DNA of 34,566 nucleotides. It comes from Octopus bimaculoides (lineage: Eukaryota). The stretch is taken from contig NC_068991.1 of the NCBI RefSeq assembly GCF_001194135.2, positions 61,225,736-61,260,301 of the forward strand, given 5' to 3'. Below, piece after piece: positions 21,787 to 33,159 of this stretch. The translations under genes were made by a program, and so were the position numbers. A model generated the notes under the pieces. It was not told the DNA's origin and ran no database searches. It saw only the letters and a list, made by a program, of their open reading frames with translations. Position 1 is the stretch's first letter. Every line of letters begins with the position of its first letter.

Positions 21787-22207
21787 AGGCATAGGAGTGG
21801 TTGTGTGGTAAGTAGCTTACTTACCAACCACATGGTTCCGGGTTCAGTCCCACTGCGTGGCACTTGGGCAAGTGTCTTCTACTATAGCCTCGGGCCGACC
21901 AAAGCCTTGTGAGTGGATTTGATAGATGGAAACTGAAAGAAGCCCATCGTATATATATGTATATATATATATATATATATGTATGTGGGTGTATATGTTT
22001 GTGTGTCTGTGTTTGTCTCCCCAACATTGCTTGACAACTGATGCTGGTGTGTTTACGTCCCTGTAACTTAGCGGTTCAGCAAAAGAGACCGATAGAATAA
22101 GTACTAGGCTTACAAAGAATAAGTCCTGGAGTCGACTTGCTCGACTAAAGGCGGTGCTCCAGCATGGCCACAGTCAAATGCCTGAAACAAGTAAAAGAGT
22201 AAAAGAG
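21787..22207 (+). mobile_element. SINE family B, full-length
   Basis: Head with GGTTCAGTCCC B-box-like motif, core, internal (TA)n, tail, and GTAAAAGAGTAAAAGAG end. Used as the reference copy. Confidence 0.92.
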
Positions 22208-23254
22208 CAAAGAATAGAGCAACAAAAAGACAATTCCAAATCACTACCATATAAAGATTTTTCATGATAATTCAGATAACATTGGAAAGAATGGAATGAA
22301 TTTATCTGACAGCCCAATAACTTTTGTTTGGAGAATTCATTTTAGGATAAAGAAGTAATGGCCAGCAACAATTTTAATGCCAAGGTGGACATGTGCGAGT
22401 GAGAGAGAGAGAAAAAAGAAACACAATGGAAGTACTCTGTATGGCTCCAAGATACCAGAGTGGGAGTAAGCTGATGACAACTGATGCATCAAGAGACTGG
22501 AACTAAAAGGAAAAGAACTGAGATTCTGGAAGTTAGAAAGACATGGTTGTGAAAACTGATATCTACAGATCATGGCTGTGATTCAACACTAAGATATACA
22601 GGCATTGTTGAGCATTACTAATAGAGATCTAATATAAAATATGTAGCAATGTAACCATGACAACGTTATGTCTATAATAGAAAGATCTATCATAAATTGT
22701 ATCCATTCCATTGTTCGAAATCCCTCACTGCATCTACACCCTTTTCAGAAATCAAATACAAATCAACTCGACTATCTCACATTCATTTGAAGCTACACTA
22801 TTCAGTGCCATCATCTGCCCCTAACTCGAAATCTATAAAAGAAATAAAAGATTCTTGCTCTTTCAAACACTGCTTTGATTGATTCCTTCAAAGACTTCCA
22901 GACATGTTGTCTGCAGGTATAAATGTATTTTGCTTGAATGAACATTGGAAACCAATTTCAGCAGTAATATATGTCAAGTGTGGAGGCACACAAAAAAAAA
23001 AAAAAGAAAAAAAAAAAGAAAGAGAATCATGGCTGGCAAACCACAAATGTGTTCTGTGACATTTAATTTGTGGCTTCAGTAAATAATGTTGGCTAAACTG
23101 TTTGTTGCATCGGAAAAAGGGGTATAAGAAAAATATGTTAAAGCTTTATATTTTAAATTAACTGTCCACAGGATTAAAATAACTGCCCAATATTCTAGTA
23201 GGGAAAGAATAAAGACTATTGAATCGATCACATTATATTAACGCTTTTCATTTT

Positions 23255-23310
23255 AGTGATCCTGAAGGGATGAAAGGCAAAATCAACGCCTATGAGAATT
23301 AACTCTGATG
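23255..23310 (-). mobile_element. SINE family A core fragment
   Basis: GATCCTGAAGGGATGAAAGGCAAAATCAAC...GAATTAACTCTG. Confidence 0.6.
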
Positions 23311-23367
23311 AAAGTATTAGGCAAACAGTTGAACAATCTACCACACCTAACAATTCACTGATTACTG

Positions 23368-23712
23368 CCAAATGTTATTGACAATGTTCTGTAAAAATAC
23401 AGAAATTGAAACCAGCCTTGATATATTATATAATTTAACAAGATTTAAATGTACAAATTCTGATAAGAAATTCATAAAGATGAATATAGATGAAATTGCT
23501 GATATTACATTTAAATAATGTGGAATTTCTGGGTCTGGCAACCAAACATTATCGACAATGTTCTATAAAAATGTTAATACAGAAACTGAAGCCAGCTTTG
23601 ATGTTATATAATTTAACAAGAGTTCAAATTCTGATAGGGGATTTGTGAAGAAGAAGAATATAGATGAAGTTGTGGTGATACATTTAAATAATATAGAATT
23701 TCAGGCTCTGAC
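23368..23712. repeat. diverged tandem duplication, ~174-bp unit
   Basis: Units start at 23368 (CCAAATGTTATTGACAATGTTCTG) and 23542 (CCAAACATTATCGACAATGTTCTA) and share TTATATAATTTAACAAGA, CAAATTCTGATA, GAATATAGATGAA and ACATTTAAATAAT. Confidence 0.9.
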
Positions 23713-24037
23713 TACAGAAATTCTAGTTGCATGCCACTCTACAGAGAAGTATAAATCCCAGCTGTGTGAAACATCATGAAATTCTTATAAATAAATGCTT
23801 GATGAAGATAATTTATACAGCCTTAGCATCATGTCAGCCAAATTCTCAGTATCCTCTCAGCCAGAATGGAAGACCACAGAACCTCAACAGAAGTGGTAAT
23901 AGAAGTATCAGTTTATATCAAAACAAATGGTTTCTCAGTGAAGTATAATTTCTCAAATTTTAACAATATTTGAGAAATTGTATTGCACAAAATTCATACC
24001 TTTGTACAAGACATTAACAATATATTTTGAAGATGTA

Positions 24038-24295
24038 AGGTGCCAAACTGGCTGAAGTGTTACCATATTGTGCAAAATGCTCAGTGGTATTTTGCCTGGT
24101 AAGAAGTCTGCTTCACACCCACATGATTCAGGGCTCAGCCCCACTGCATTCTGAGTTCAAATTCTGCTGAGATTGACTTTGCCTTTTGTGCTTTCAGGGT
24201 CGATAAAATAAGTATCAGTGGAACACTGGGGTCAATGTAATCAACTTACCTCCTCCACCAAATTTTCTGGCCTTGTGCTAAAATTTGAAGCCAAT
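24038..24295 (+). mobile_element. SINE family A carrying a ~50-bp family B head fragment
   Basis: CAAAATGCTCAGTGGTATTTTGCC | TGGTAAGAAGTCTGCTTC...GGGCTCAGCCCCACTGC (24097-24147) | ATTCTGAGTTCAAATTC. Confidence 0.75.
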
Positions 24296-24527
24296 ATATT
24301 TCGGAAATATACTTGCCTAGTGACTGATTTGGTCAGAGACCATGTATTGAAATTAAAATAATTACAGTAGGGAAGCAACATCTTAGCCATTCAAAGGCAC
24401 ACAAAAATCTGCTAACTTCACTTAAACATTTATTATTTTGGTGTCAAAATTTTAGTCACACCATCTACGACCTGGTCACTGACAAGGTTCCCGTACATCT
24501 CATTAACAAGAAAAGTAAAGTGTAAAA

Positions 24528-24740
24528 CAGTGAGCTGGCAGAACCGTTAGCACACCAGGTAACATGCTTAGTGAGATTTCATCCATCTTTACATTCGGTG
24601 TTCAAATTTCACCAAAGTCAACATTCCCTTTCATCCTTTTGGGGTCGATAAAAGAGACACTAGATAAGTAAAGGGGTCGATGTAATTGGCCTTACCCCTT
24701 CCCTGAACTTGTTGGACTTCTGCCAAAATTTGAAACCAAT
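24528..24740 (+). mobile_element. SINE family A
   Basis: GTGAGCTGGCAGAACCGTTAGCAC...CTTTCATCCTTTTGGGGTCGATAAAA...AAAATTTGAAACCAAT. Confidence 0.85.
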
Positions 24741-24929
24741 ATAAGTAAAGTGAAATTGCTAGAACCAGGAACGGTTATGAGGTTACAGATTTAGATGGTC
24801 TTGGAAGTGCTTACCAATTATTATAACCTAATGTTAAGACAGTTGGCATCTCTCATTTGCAGTTGGTTCCATACATTGTTATTAAGAAAAAAAAGAAAAG
24901 AAACTCTGGTTTTACTTTATGAGACTTAC

Positions 24930-25170
24930 TTTTTACCTTTTTTCTACCTTTTTCTTATTTCAGTCATTGGACCATGGCCATGCTGGGGCACCACATTGAA
25001 GGAATTTTAGTCAAATAAACTGGCCCCAGTACTTTTTTTTATTTTTTAAAACCCAACACTCATTCTATCAATCTCTTTTGCTGAACCGTTAACACACCAA
25101 AACTGGTTGTTCAGTGGTGGTGGGGGACAAACCCAGACACAAAAACAACACACACACACACACACGCACA
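24930..25170 (-). mobile_element. SINE family B, 3' tail
   Basis: TTTCAGTCATTGGACCATGGCCATGCTGGGGCACC...TCTTTTGCTGAACCG...GGGGGACAAAC then (CA)n. Confidence 0.8.
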
Positions 25171-25246
25171 AACACACAAATACAAAAACGCACACACACA
25201 CACGCATTTACAAACGTACGTACAAGTAACCACGAGTTTAAAACGG

Positions 25247-25542
25247 TGTATAATAAACATATTTTTATATTCTCTACAAACGTTGGATATATAATTTAAG
25301 GAAGCGGAAGTAAAATCAATGTGTTCACATACTTCGCGAGACTCCAAAACGCCCTCTCAACGACTCTACCGACCTCGTCGTCTCAAATAATATGCTACTC
25401 TTTATAAGAGTTCGGCTAGTCCATTCTTCCAATCTCCCAGGGTTGTAAATGACTCTCGCTAAAACGTCTCCGCCTTTGAAATTGACTTCCATTGGAAGTT
25501 AATATTATTATTATTATTTTATTTTATTTTTCTTTCATCACA
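25247..25542 (-). repeat. putative 3' LTR (~296 bp, TG...CA)
   Basis: Starts TGTGATG immediately after the PPT. TATAAA on the minus strand near 25401-25406. The distal boundary (..ATACA at 25247) is inferred because there is no second LTR to align. Confidence 0.65.
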
Positions 25543-25556
25543 TCTCCCTTTCTGAG
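25543..25556 (-). promoter_or_regulatory. polypurine tract
   Basis: Minus strand CTCAGAAAGGGAGA directly before TG and about 20 nt after the pol stop. Confidence 0.75.
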
Positions 25557-25575
25557 ATTTTCCTCCCAGAGAAAT

Positions 25576-28500
25576 TTAATATTTGTTCCGTTTAGACACT
25601 TCATCTAACCGTTCTGTTTGTTTCCTTTTTCTTGTGCTGCTACGACTAGGTTTGATTTCTTGTGGCGTTGGAACATCAAAAGTGTCATATAACAGTGCCA
25701 TGGGTATCTATTTTTTAGCTGGTTTAAATGTCTTTTGTGTTCCCATTTTTCGCCTCTTATCATTTATACCATTTTGCCTTTTTTTTGTTACTACTCCGTC
25801 TTCCCAACTTTGTCTTCCATTTTGATATATTTTGAAAAACACCTTGTTACCGATATTAAAATGCTTTGTCGTATATTTAGTGTTTTCCCTATTTGTTTTA
25901 CTTACTGGTAACAGCTTATCGAAAATTGACTTTATTTTTCGAGCGAACATTAGTTCTGCAGGCGACTTGCCTGATAAAGTGTTTGGGTTTGATGTTATCC
26001 TATAAACCCTCGAGAATTGTGTCAATGCTGTATTATCGACTAGCTCGTTTCTTGATTTCTTTAATGCTCTTTTAAATGTATCCACAAACCTTTCTGCTTG
26101 CCTGTTTGATCTCGGATGATGCGGAAGAGTAGTGATATATTCAATTAAGGACATCTTGCAAAAATTCTTAAATTCATTCGCCGTGAATTGTGTACCATTA
26201 TCGGATACTATGGTTTCTGGGACACTATACCGAGCAAAATTTTTTTTGTAGAAATTCCGCTGTTTCTGTGAATGTCGGTTTTCTACATTTACACATTTCT
26301 GGCCATTTTGAAAAGCTATCTACCACTATTAGATAATATGATCGGCTTAATGGTCCTGTGAAGTCTACGTGTAGTTTGGACCATGGAATATCAGTCTTGT
26401 GCCAAGGCTGAAATTTTATAGGTGGTGATTTTGCTGCAAGAGCACAACGTCTGCAGGATTTTATCAACTTCTCAATATCTAGATCCATTTTTGGCCAGTA
26501 AACATAGCTCATCAAAAGCGACTTCATTCTAGAAATTCCTGGATGTCCAGTGTGGAATTCCTTTAACATTCGACCTTGTAGTGAGGTAGTCATTACGGCC
26601 CTTTGTGCATACATAAGCACATTATCACATATCTAATAGAAATTCAAATCTGTGTTACGTCCACCCACACGTATTTTTTTTATTTGTTTCTTCTGCTCTC
26701 ACTATTTTTTTTCATTTTTATGATAAACTCGTTCGTCTCTGCCTTAATTTTTATTTCCTCCAAAGTCACAGGCAATTCATGCACAACGTTGCACAATATA
26801 GTTTTTTTATTTCATTTTCGCCTCTTAGTGCTGCTGTCACTGTCTTCTAGTGGTTCACTGTATTTTGGTATTAACTTTGACAAACCATCTGCATGTCCCA
26901 ATTCCTTCGATGGCAAATACTCCATTTTGAAGTCGTAATTGAATAGTAGGATCGTTCCCTAACACTGCAATATGTTGGCTGTATGTGTGGGGATACACTT
27001 TTTTGATCCATGGATCAACAATAATGGGCGATAGTCTGTCTGCAGACGGAATCTTCTTCCATGTATAAATTTTATGGAATTTTTCTACCAAAAATATGAT
27101 AGCTAATGCCACTTTTTCTATTTAACTAACTTTTCTTCAGCTAGCAATAATGAGTGCAAAGCATGAGCTACTGCTTTCAGGCTACCATTTTCATGTTTGT
27201 GTAAAGTCACCACTTCAATACCACTTTCACTAGCATCTGCTGCCACGACTATTTCTAACTTTGGGTGAAAATGTGACAACGACAATTCCAACATTAAAAC
27301 GTTTTTAATTTCTTCAAAAGCTTTTTGGCATTTCTCCGACCAGTTTACTTAACATCTTTTTTTTAACAAGTTATTCAGGGGTGCTCTTAAATATTCGGTA
27401 TGTATATCTGGTAGTAATTTACGAGCCTCAAAAATGCTTGTAATGTTTGTTGGGGGAGGAATATTTTTTATTGTACTCGCCCTAGACGGGTCTGGTCTGC
27501 ATCAATTTTCATCAATAATCTGCCCTAGATATTTTATTCTTGGCATAAAAATTCTCACTTTTCCTCACCGAGCTTAAACCCACGACCTTTCATTCTTTCA
27601 AAGACATTTTTTAACATGCTCAGTATGCTGTCCTCGAGATTCACTTTTTACGAGTATGTCGTCAAGGTAAGCTACAGCGAAATCCGAACCTGCGAGCATA
27701 GCGTCCATGATTTGTTGGGAAATGCCAGGTGCTACCTTTATACCAAAGGGGAGTAAATTAAATTTATACAACCCTTTATGGATATTTATTCTCGATAATT
27801 TTGAACATTCCTCATCAACTTTCACCTCCAAATATACTTCAGATAGGTCCAACTTTCAAAAACATTTTCCTCCATTCAACTTCGCGAAAATTTCCTCTGG
27901 ACTTGGTAACGAGTAATTATATGGCATCAAACATTCGTTTAATTCAGTTGAAAAATCAGCGCAAACTCGGATTTTTTTTTTCTTGGCATAAACTATTGGG
28001 GACACCCATTTTGTGTAATCAGCTTTTTTCGATAACGCCAAGCTTTTCAAGTCTATCCAATTCTTCGTTGACTTGATTCAATACTGCAAAAGGGACCGTT
28101 CGTTTAAGTTTAAATACCGGTATAGCGTTTTCTTTCACTTGAAACTTCACTTCTGCTTTGGTGCAAAGACCCAATTCCTCAGAAAAACTTCAGGAAATTT
28201 TTTTTTAATCTTCCGACGCAGAAGAACCATTCACATTTTTATAAAAAAATATTTATGGGGAGGTCTCATAAGTCAAATAGTTCCATCTAGTCTATTTCAA
28301 ATAAATTTGTTGTATTTTTCAACATGAAAACTTTGGCTTTTAAGGTTTTTCCACGAAATATAATACCACTTATCATTTCGCCCATAAAATGCAATTTTTT
28401 TCCTGAAACACCTCGTGCAATTTTCGAAGTTTCCTTCAATCTAGGTTTTCCTATTTTTCTCCATGTATCTTTATTAACCGTCGTGATATCACTACCCGTA

Positions 28501-29095
28501 TCCGATTGTAACTTGATATTCACATTATTCATTTTTATGGACACAAATTTTCTTTTCTGAGTCTCACTTAGAATTTTTGTTATCAATACATTCTTTATAG
28601 AATTTTTTTGTTTGACACTTTTTTGCTTCGCTGTATAATGTGAGCTTTCATGTCCGATTTTTTTCACGCTCAAACATTTACGATTTTTAAAAGGACAATT
28701 ACTTCTAAAATGTAAACCTCAGCAGCCATAGCATGAATTTGGTCTTGATGTTTGTTTTTCCTTTTTCTTATCCTTTTCACGTTGACATGCATGTATCTGA
28801 GCGCAATCTTTTTCTTCAGTTTTATTCACGTCATGTTTTAAATTTATAATCCTCTGGCATTCTTAGGCCACTGCCTGTAGAGTTAATTTTTGGTCCTGTT
28901 CTAAGTTTGTTGATATACGGGAACGTATATTAGCATCTTTTTTTGCAGTTAACCCTTTAACAAAAATTAGACATTTGAACAAATCTGAGGTTAATTAATT
29001 TAGTTTGAATTTTTCATACTCTCTGTTAACGACCCTGGCATAGGAGATGAAATCTTCATCTTTTTTAATTAAATTTTAACATTGCCAACGGTGGT
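25576..29095 (-). pseudogene. gag-pol polyprotein with multiple stops and frameshifts
   Basis: Gag CYGC*GLHFRSNC knuckle; protease LQSDTGSD (~28500); RT VCADF, LPFG and YLDD (27658-27669); RNase H ADAS (~27235); integrase HTGH..CRRC, HVDF, VSDNG and QAERF; ends KRNKY*. Confidence 0.95.
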
Positions 29096-29480
29096 ATAGA
29101 GAGAAAAAAGGGGAGGAAGTTGAACATAGGTGAGCAACGAGAGACAGGGAGGAAGAGAGAGAGAAATAGTAGTGAAGGGGAGAGGCAAAGAACAACAGAA
29201 AGAAGAACGAGACGGGGAGAAAGATACAAAGATAGATAGAGTCGCGTCAGAAAATAAAGTTAAAACTTACTTGCAAACAGGACGCGTGCGTTCCATCATA
29301 TAATAATACAAACAATATGTGAGTATATGCATATATACGTACATGTATGTACATACCTACATCTACATGTATATATAGATGCATATCTGGGTACAGGACG
29401 TCACAAAACACGTGGACAAAATGAAAAACAGAACATAAACAGAGCACAGAAAACAAACAGGCTACATAGAGAATATTTCC

Positions 29481-29487
<7 letters not shown>
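29096..29487. repeat. unclassified repeat-like block abutting the truncated gag
   Basis: A purine-rich 130-nt tract, then a CpG-containing segment and TACA-type low complexity, ending at a long (TA)n. No similarity to the 3' LTR. Confidence 0.4.
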
Positions 29488-29544
<57 letters not shown>

Positions 29545-29616
29545 CACATATATAGACTAGACTAGCGAATGTTGGCTGTGTCCAGGTTGATGTTTAAAAT
29601 CGTACCTGTTTAAAGT

Positions 29617-29705
29617 TTTACCTGACGATAGTGGTTTATATATTATGACATAATTTTTTATGACTGCATTAAATAAATTAAACTCTACCTAACAGCTGTC
29701 GTAAA
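29617..29705 (+). ncRNA. hammerhead ribozyme-like motif, GAAA mutated
   Basis: TTTAC-CTGACGA-TAGTGGTTTA...TAAACTCTAC-CTAA-C-AGCT-G-TC/GTAAA. Helix I 5 bp, long helix II, palindrome ACAGCTGT. Followed by (TAAA)n at about 29739-29765. Confidence 0.6.
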
Positions 29706-30178
29706 TTTTAAATACCATTTGTACGTGTATAGATGTTTGAATAAATAAATAAATAAATAAATAAATATATATATGTATACCCATTACTTTAATATATTAA
29801 ACTTTTACTTAGTATTAACAACAAATAAACTACTTTATTATTCAAATCATTTAACTAAAATCAAAAATGATTTATATAAAATTATCCTCTCAATGTAAAT
29901 GAGACACATTATGCTTATGTTAATTTTTGTTATAAACTATCCTTCTCCAGAAATTATTTCCACTACCTCTACTTAGTTATAACTTATCTTATCTCAATAA
30001 TGAGAATGATGAGCACACACACACACATACACACACACACACACACATACTTACACACACACACACACACATATGCATACATATAGGAGTATCATTGTTT
30101 TCATTCATCTTATTTTGTCTAAGTCCAGACCACATGCTTCTATTTTTGTACTGCCCTTGTGGCAAATTTTATGAAATA

Positions 30179-30320
30179 AAGAAGCTTGCTTCCCAACCAC
30201 AAGGTTCCTAGTTCAGTCCCACTGTGTAGAACCTTGGGCAAGTGTCTTCTACTATGGCCTTAGGCCGACCAAAGCCTTGCGAGTAGATTTGGTAGATGGA
30301 AACTGAAACAAGTCCATCGC
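30179..30320 (+). mobile_element. SINE family B, 5' half lacking the first ~20 nt
   Basis: AAGAAGCTTGCTTCCCAACCAC...ACCTTGGGCAAGTGTCTTCTACTATGGCC...GGAAACTGAAAC. Confidence 0.85.
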
Positions 30321-30321
30321 G

Positions 30322-30363
<42 letters not shown>

Positions 30364-30368
<5 letters not shown>

Positions 30369-32100
30369 CAACTTCAATTCTCGAATGTCTCACATGTTGA
30401 ACAAATTGATTTTTGAACAGAAAATTCGAGATGAAAATGCCTTGGTTATTGAACAAAATTTCGTTTCTCAAACAACATTGCTGAGCCGAGTTAACTTGAA
30501 CGGAATCATTTCTGAGTCGGCCGCCATGGTATATACATTCGTGTGTTGTGCTGGAGGCGAATTCAAACAAGGAAGTAGCTGAGAAATTTGTGATTGAGTT
30601 TAGTGACCTGATAAAAGAAGGCGGTTATCTCTCCCAACAGTTCTCTAATGAGAATGAAGCAGGATTATTTTGGAAACGAATGCCAAATAGGATCTATATT
30701 ACAAAAGAAGATAAAGTGTTGCCAGGGCACAAGCCAATGAAGGATAGACTCACTTTTTTGCTCTGCCGCAATGCAAGTGGTGATTCCAAGGTCAAGCCAT
30801 TGCTTGTTTACCATTCCGGTAATCCAAGGGTTTTCAAACGAAATAATGCTATGAAGAGTAAAAAGCCTGTTATGTGGCAGCCTAATGCGAAGGCTTGGGT
30901 AACCAGACAATTTTTTATTGAGTGGATTCATGAAGTTTTTGCCCCGAGTGTTACAAAATATCTGCAAGAAAAATACTTGCCACTAAAATGCCTTCTTGTG
31001 TTACACAATGCTCCCGCTCACCTTCCAGGTTTGGAGGATGAGTTAGTTGAAGAGTTTGATTTTATTCAGGTCAAATACATGCCACCTGACACAATTCCTC
31101 TGATACAACCAATGGACCAACAGGTCATTGCAAACTTTAAGAAACTTTACATAAAAGCCCTGTTTCGAAAGTGTTTTCAAGTCACCACTGATACTGAGTT
31201 AACTCTCTGAGAATTTTGGAAAAAATCATTTTGATATCCTGAATTGTGTTAATCTTGTTGATAATGCATGGAATCAAGTGAGTTACAGAACCATGAATTA
31301 AGAAGCATGGAGGAAACTTTGTCCAGACTGTGTACCAAAACGAAACTTTGAGGGTTTTGAGACAGCTACAAGTACTGCTACTGTTAAAGAAATTGCTATT
31401 GTTGATGATAATGTCTCTGTGGGAAAAACTATGGGCTTGGATGTCGAAAGTGAAGATATTGAAGAGCTGGTGAATGACCACCATACTGAGATTACCACCG
31501 AAGAGCTCGTACACTTTCAAAGACTTTGGCTGAGGAAAATGTCTTCTGAGGAGGAGGAAGGAAAAGAGGACATCCCAAGTTTTTTAATCAAAGAAATTTG
31601 TGCTAAATGGGGTGATGTGCAAAGTTTTGGCTTTAAAATATCACCCTGATACAGTGGTAGCAAGTAGAGCAGTAAACCTTTTCAATGACAATGTCATTCT
31701 CATTTTAGAAAAATTTTTACAATGCAGGTAAATACAATTAACATTGGACAGGTTTTTACTGAAAGAAAAAAGAAAAGAAACCCTAGAGAAAGATTTACCT
31801 GAGCCAAAGAGACAGAGAAGGGAAGAAACTTCTGAAACACAGTTACCAGACGTTTTTATGGGAGGGGATTCCCCTTCTAAGAAATAATGCGCTTTTGTGT
31901 GTTATTTACAGATTGAATAAACGTTTTTTATACTAAAATATATAGTGTAAGCATGTAAATAAGCATTCATCTGGTGCTTGGAAACGAATTAATCTTTTTT
32001 TACATTAATTGTAATTGGAAAAAATGATTCAGTTCTCTAACAATTCGATTTTAGAACAGACTTTCAGAACAAATTATGGTCAAGAAGCGAGGTAGCTCTG
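30364..32100 (+). mobile_element. pogo/Tigger DNA transposon, internally deleted
   Basis: Left end CAAAACAACTTCAATTCTCGA against the reverse complement of the right end CAGAGCTACCTCGCTTCTTGA: 14/21, mostly transitions. Encloses a DDE_1 transposase remnant. Confidence 0.85.
30533..31887 (+). pseudogene. Tigger-type (DDE_1) transposase, dead
   Basis: NEAGLFWKRMP, GHKPMKDRLT, KAWVT, LHNAPAH and QPMDQQVI, plus C-terminal MGLDVESEDIEELV..H..EITTEEL. The first two catalytic Asp are replaced (N, H), there is a stop at 31208-31210, and the N-terminal HTH domains are missing. Confidence 0.93.
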
Positions 32101-32106
32101 AAGTTA

Positions 32107-32134
<28 letters not shown>

Positions 32135-32137
<3 letters not shown>

Positions 32138-32479
32138 ATTTGTGTGTCTCTGTTTGACCCTCACCAATTTGGTGTGTTTACATCCTTGTAACTTGGCGGT
32201 TCAGCAAAAGAGACTGATAGAATAAGTACTAGACCAGCTAATCCTGTTTCTACTCATCACACACAAACTTTTGGACTCTCTACCTTTTTTTCATTCTGGA
32301 CTATTTTTTCTGGACTTTTTTTTCTGAACTTTGCACTCTCCAGCTGCACCTCTCCTGCCTACGGATTATGCTGTACCTATCTACTGTTAAAAAAGTCCTG
32401 GGGGTGATTTGTTCGACTAAATGCAGTGCTCCAGTATGACCACAGTCAAATTACTGAAACAAGTAAAAGAGTAAAAGAA
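32135..32479 (+). mobile_element. SINE family B tail with a ~155-bp foreign insert
   Basis: GATAGAATAAGTACTAG | 32233-32388 | AAAGTCCTGGGGGTGATTTGTTCGACTAAA...GTAAAAGAGTAAAAGA. Confidence 0.8.
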
Positions 32480-32569
32480 TACAGACACAGACACACACAC
32501 ATATAAACACACACATACACATATATACACACATACACACACACATACACATACATATATATGTATGGT

Positions 32570-32727
32570 GAGCTCTATCACAGTTTCAGTCAACCAAATT
32601 CGCTCACAAGCCATTGGTTGGCCCGAGTTCTTAATGGAAGGCACTTGTCCAAGGTGCCATGCAGAAGGACAGAACCCAAGGCCACACGACAACAAAGCAA
32701 GCTTCTTAACAACAGCCACGTCTGCAT
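32570..32727 (-). mobile_element. SINE family B, 5' half
   Basis: CAGTTTCAGTCAACCAAATTCGCTCACAAG...CACTTGTCCAAGGTGCCATGCAG...AAGCAAGCTTCTTAAC. Confidence 0.8.
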
Positions 32728-33159
32728 CTCTTTTGAGATGTTATAGCCATAGATGTGACAAAATAATTGCTAAGTTAAAATTCTTTCTGTTGAATTCAAG
32801 TTAATGACCTCAGATCATATAACAGTTATTGCCTTCTACTCTCCTGCCAAACCACCACCACCACCACCATAACAACCACGACCAATGCTGCCACCATCAC
32901 CACTACCATCACAAAATACAATAGTCTCCTTACTACTGTGTGACTTAGCTGAAAATAGTTGTCACTGCTGTTTCACAGTTGGATGCTTTGCAGTAAGAAA
33001 ATACATCGAAGTGTAAAATACAATTTTGGAATTATTACTGCTTGCAATAGCTGATGCCTATATTGTCAAATTAGTTTGATAGAGTCAGGCAGAAGATGGC
33101 TAACAGGAACTTAAAACATTTACATAGAGAACAGGGGGAATTAACAGAGCCATACTGGT

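Larger units (their letters stand above)
25247..29095 (-). mobile_element. Ty3/Gypsy LTR retrotransposon (Mag-like), decayed, 5'-truncated
   Basis: Domain order Gag(CCHC x2)-PR-RT-RNaseH-IN, followed by PPT and LTR. The 5' LTR, PBS and Gag N-terminus are absent. Confidence 0.93.

Noticed and set aside
22380-22920. Unique, slightly GC-richer segment including an LMTTDAS frame and ORF 22697..22882
   Set aside because: The TDAS match to RNase H is isolated and followed by a stop. No consistent exon structure or homology was recognised.
29080-29087. TGGCAATG on the minus strand as a primer-binding site
   Set aside because: It is in-frame Gag coding sequence (W-Q-C) and no LTR lies upstream.
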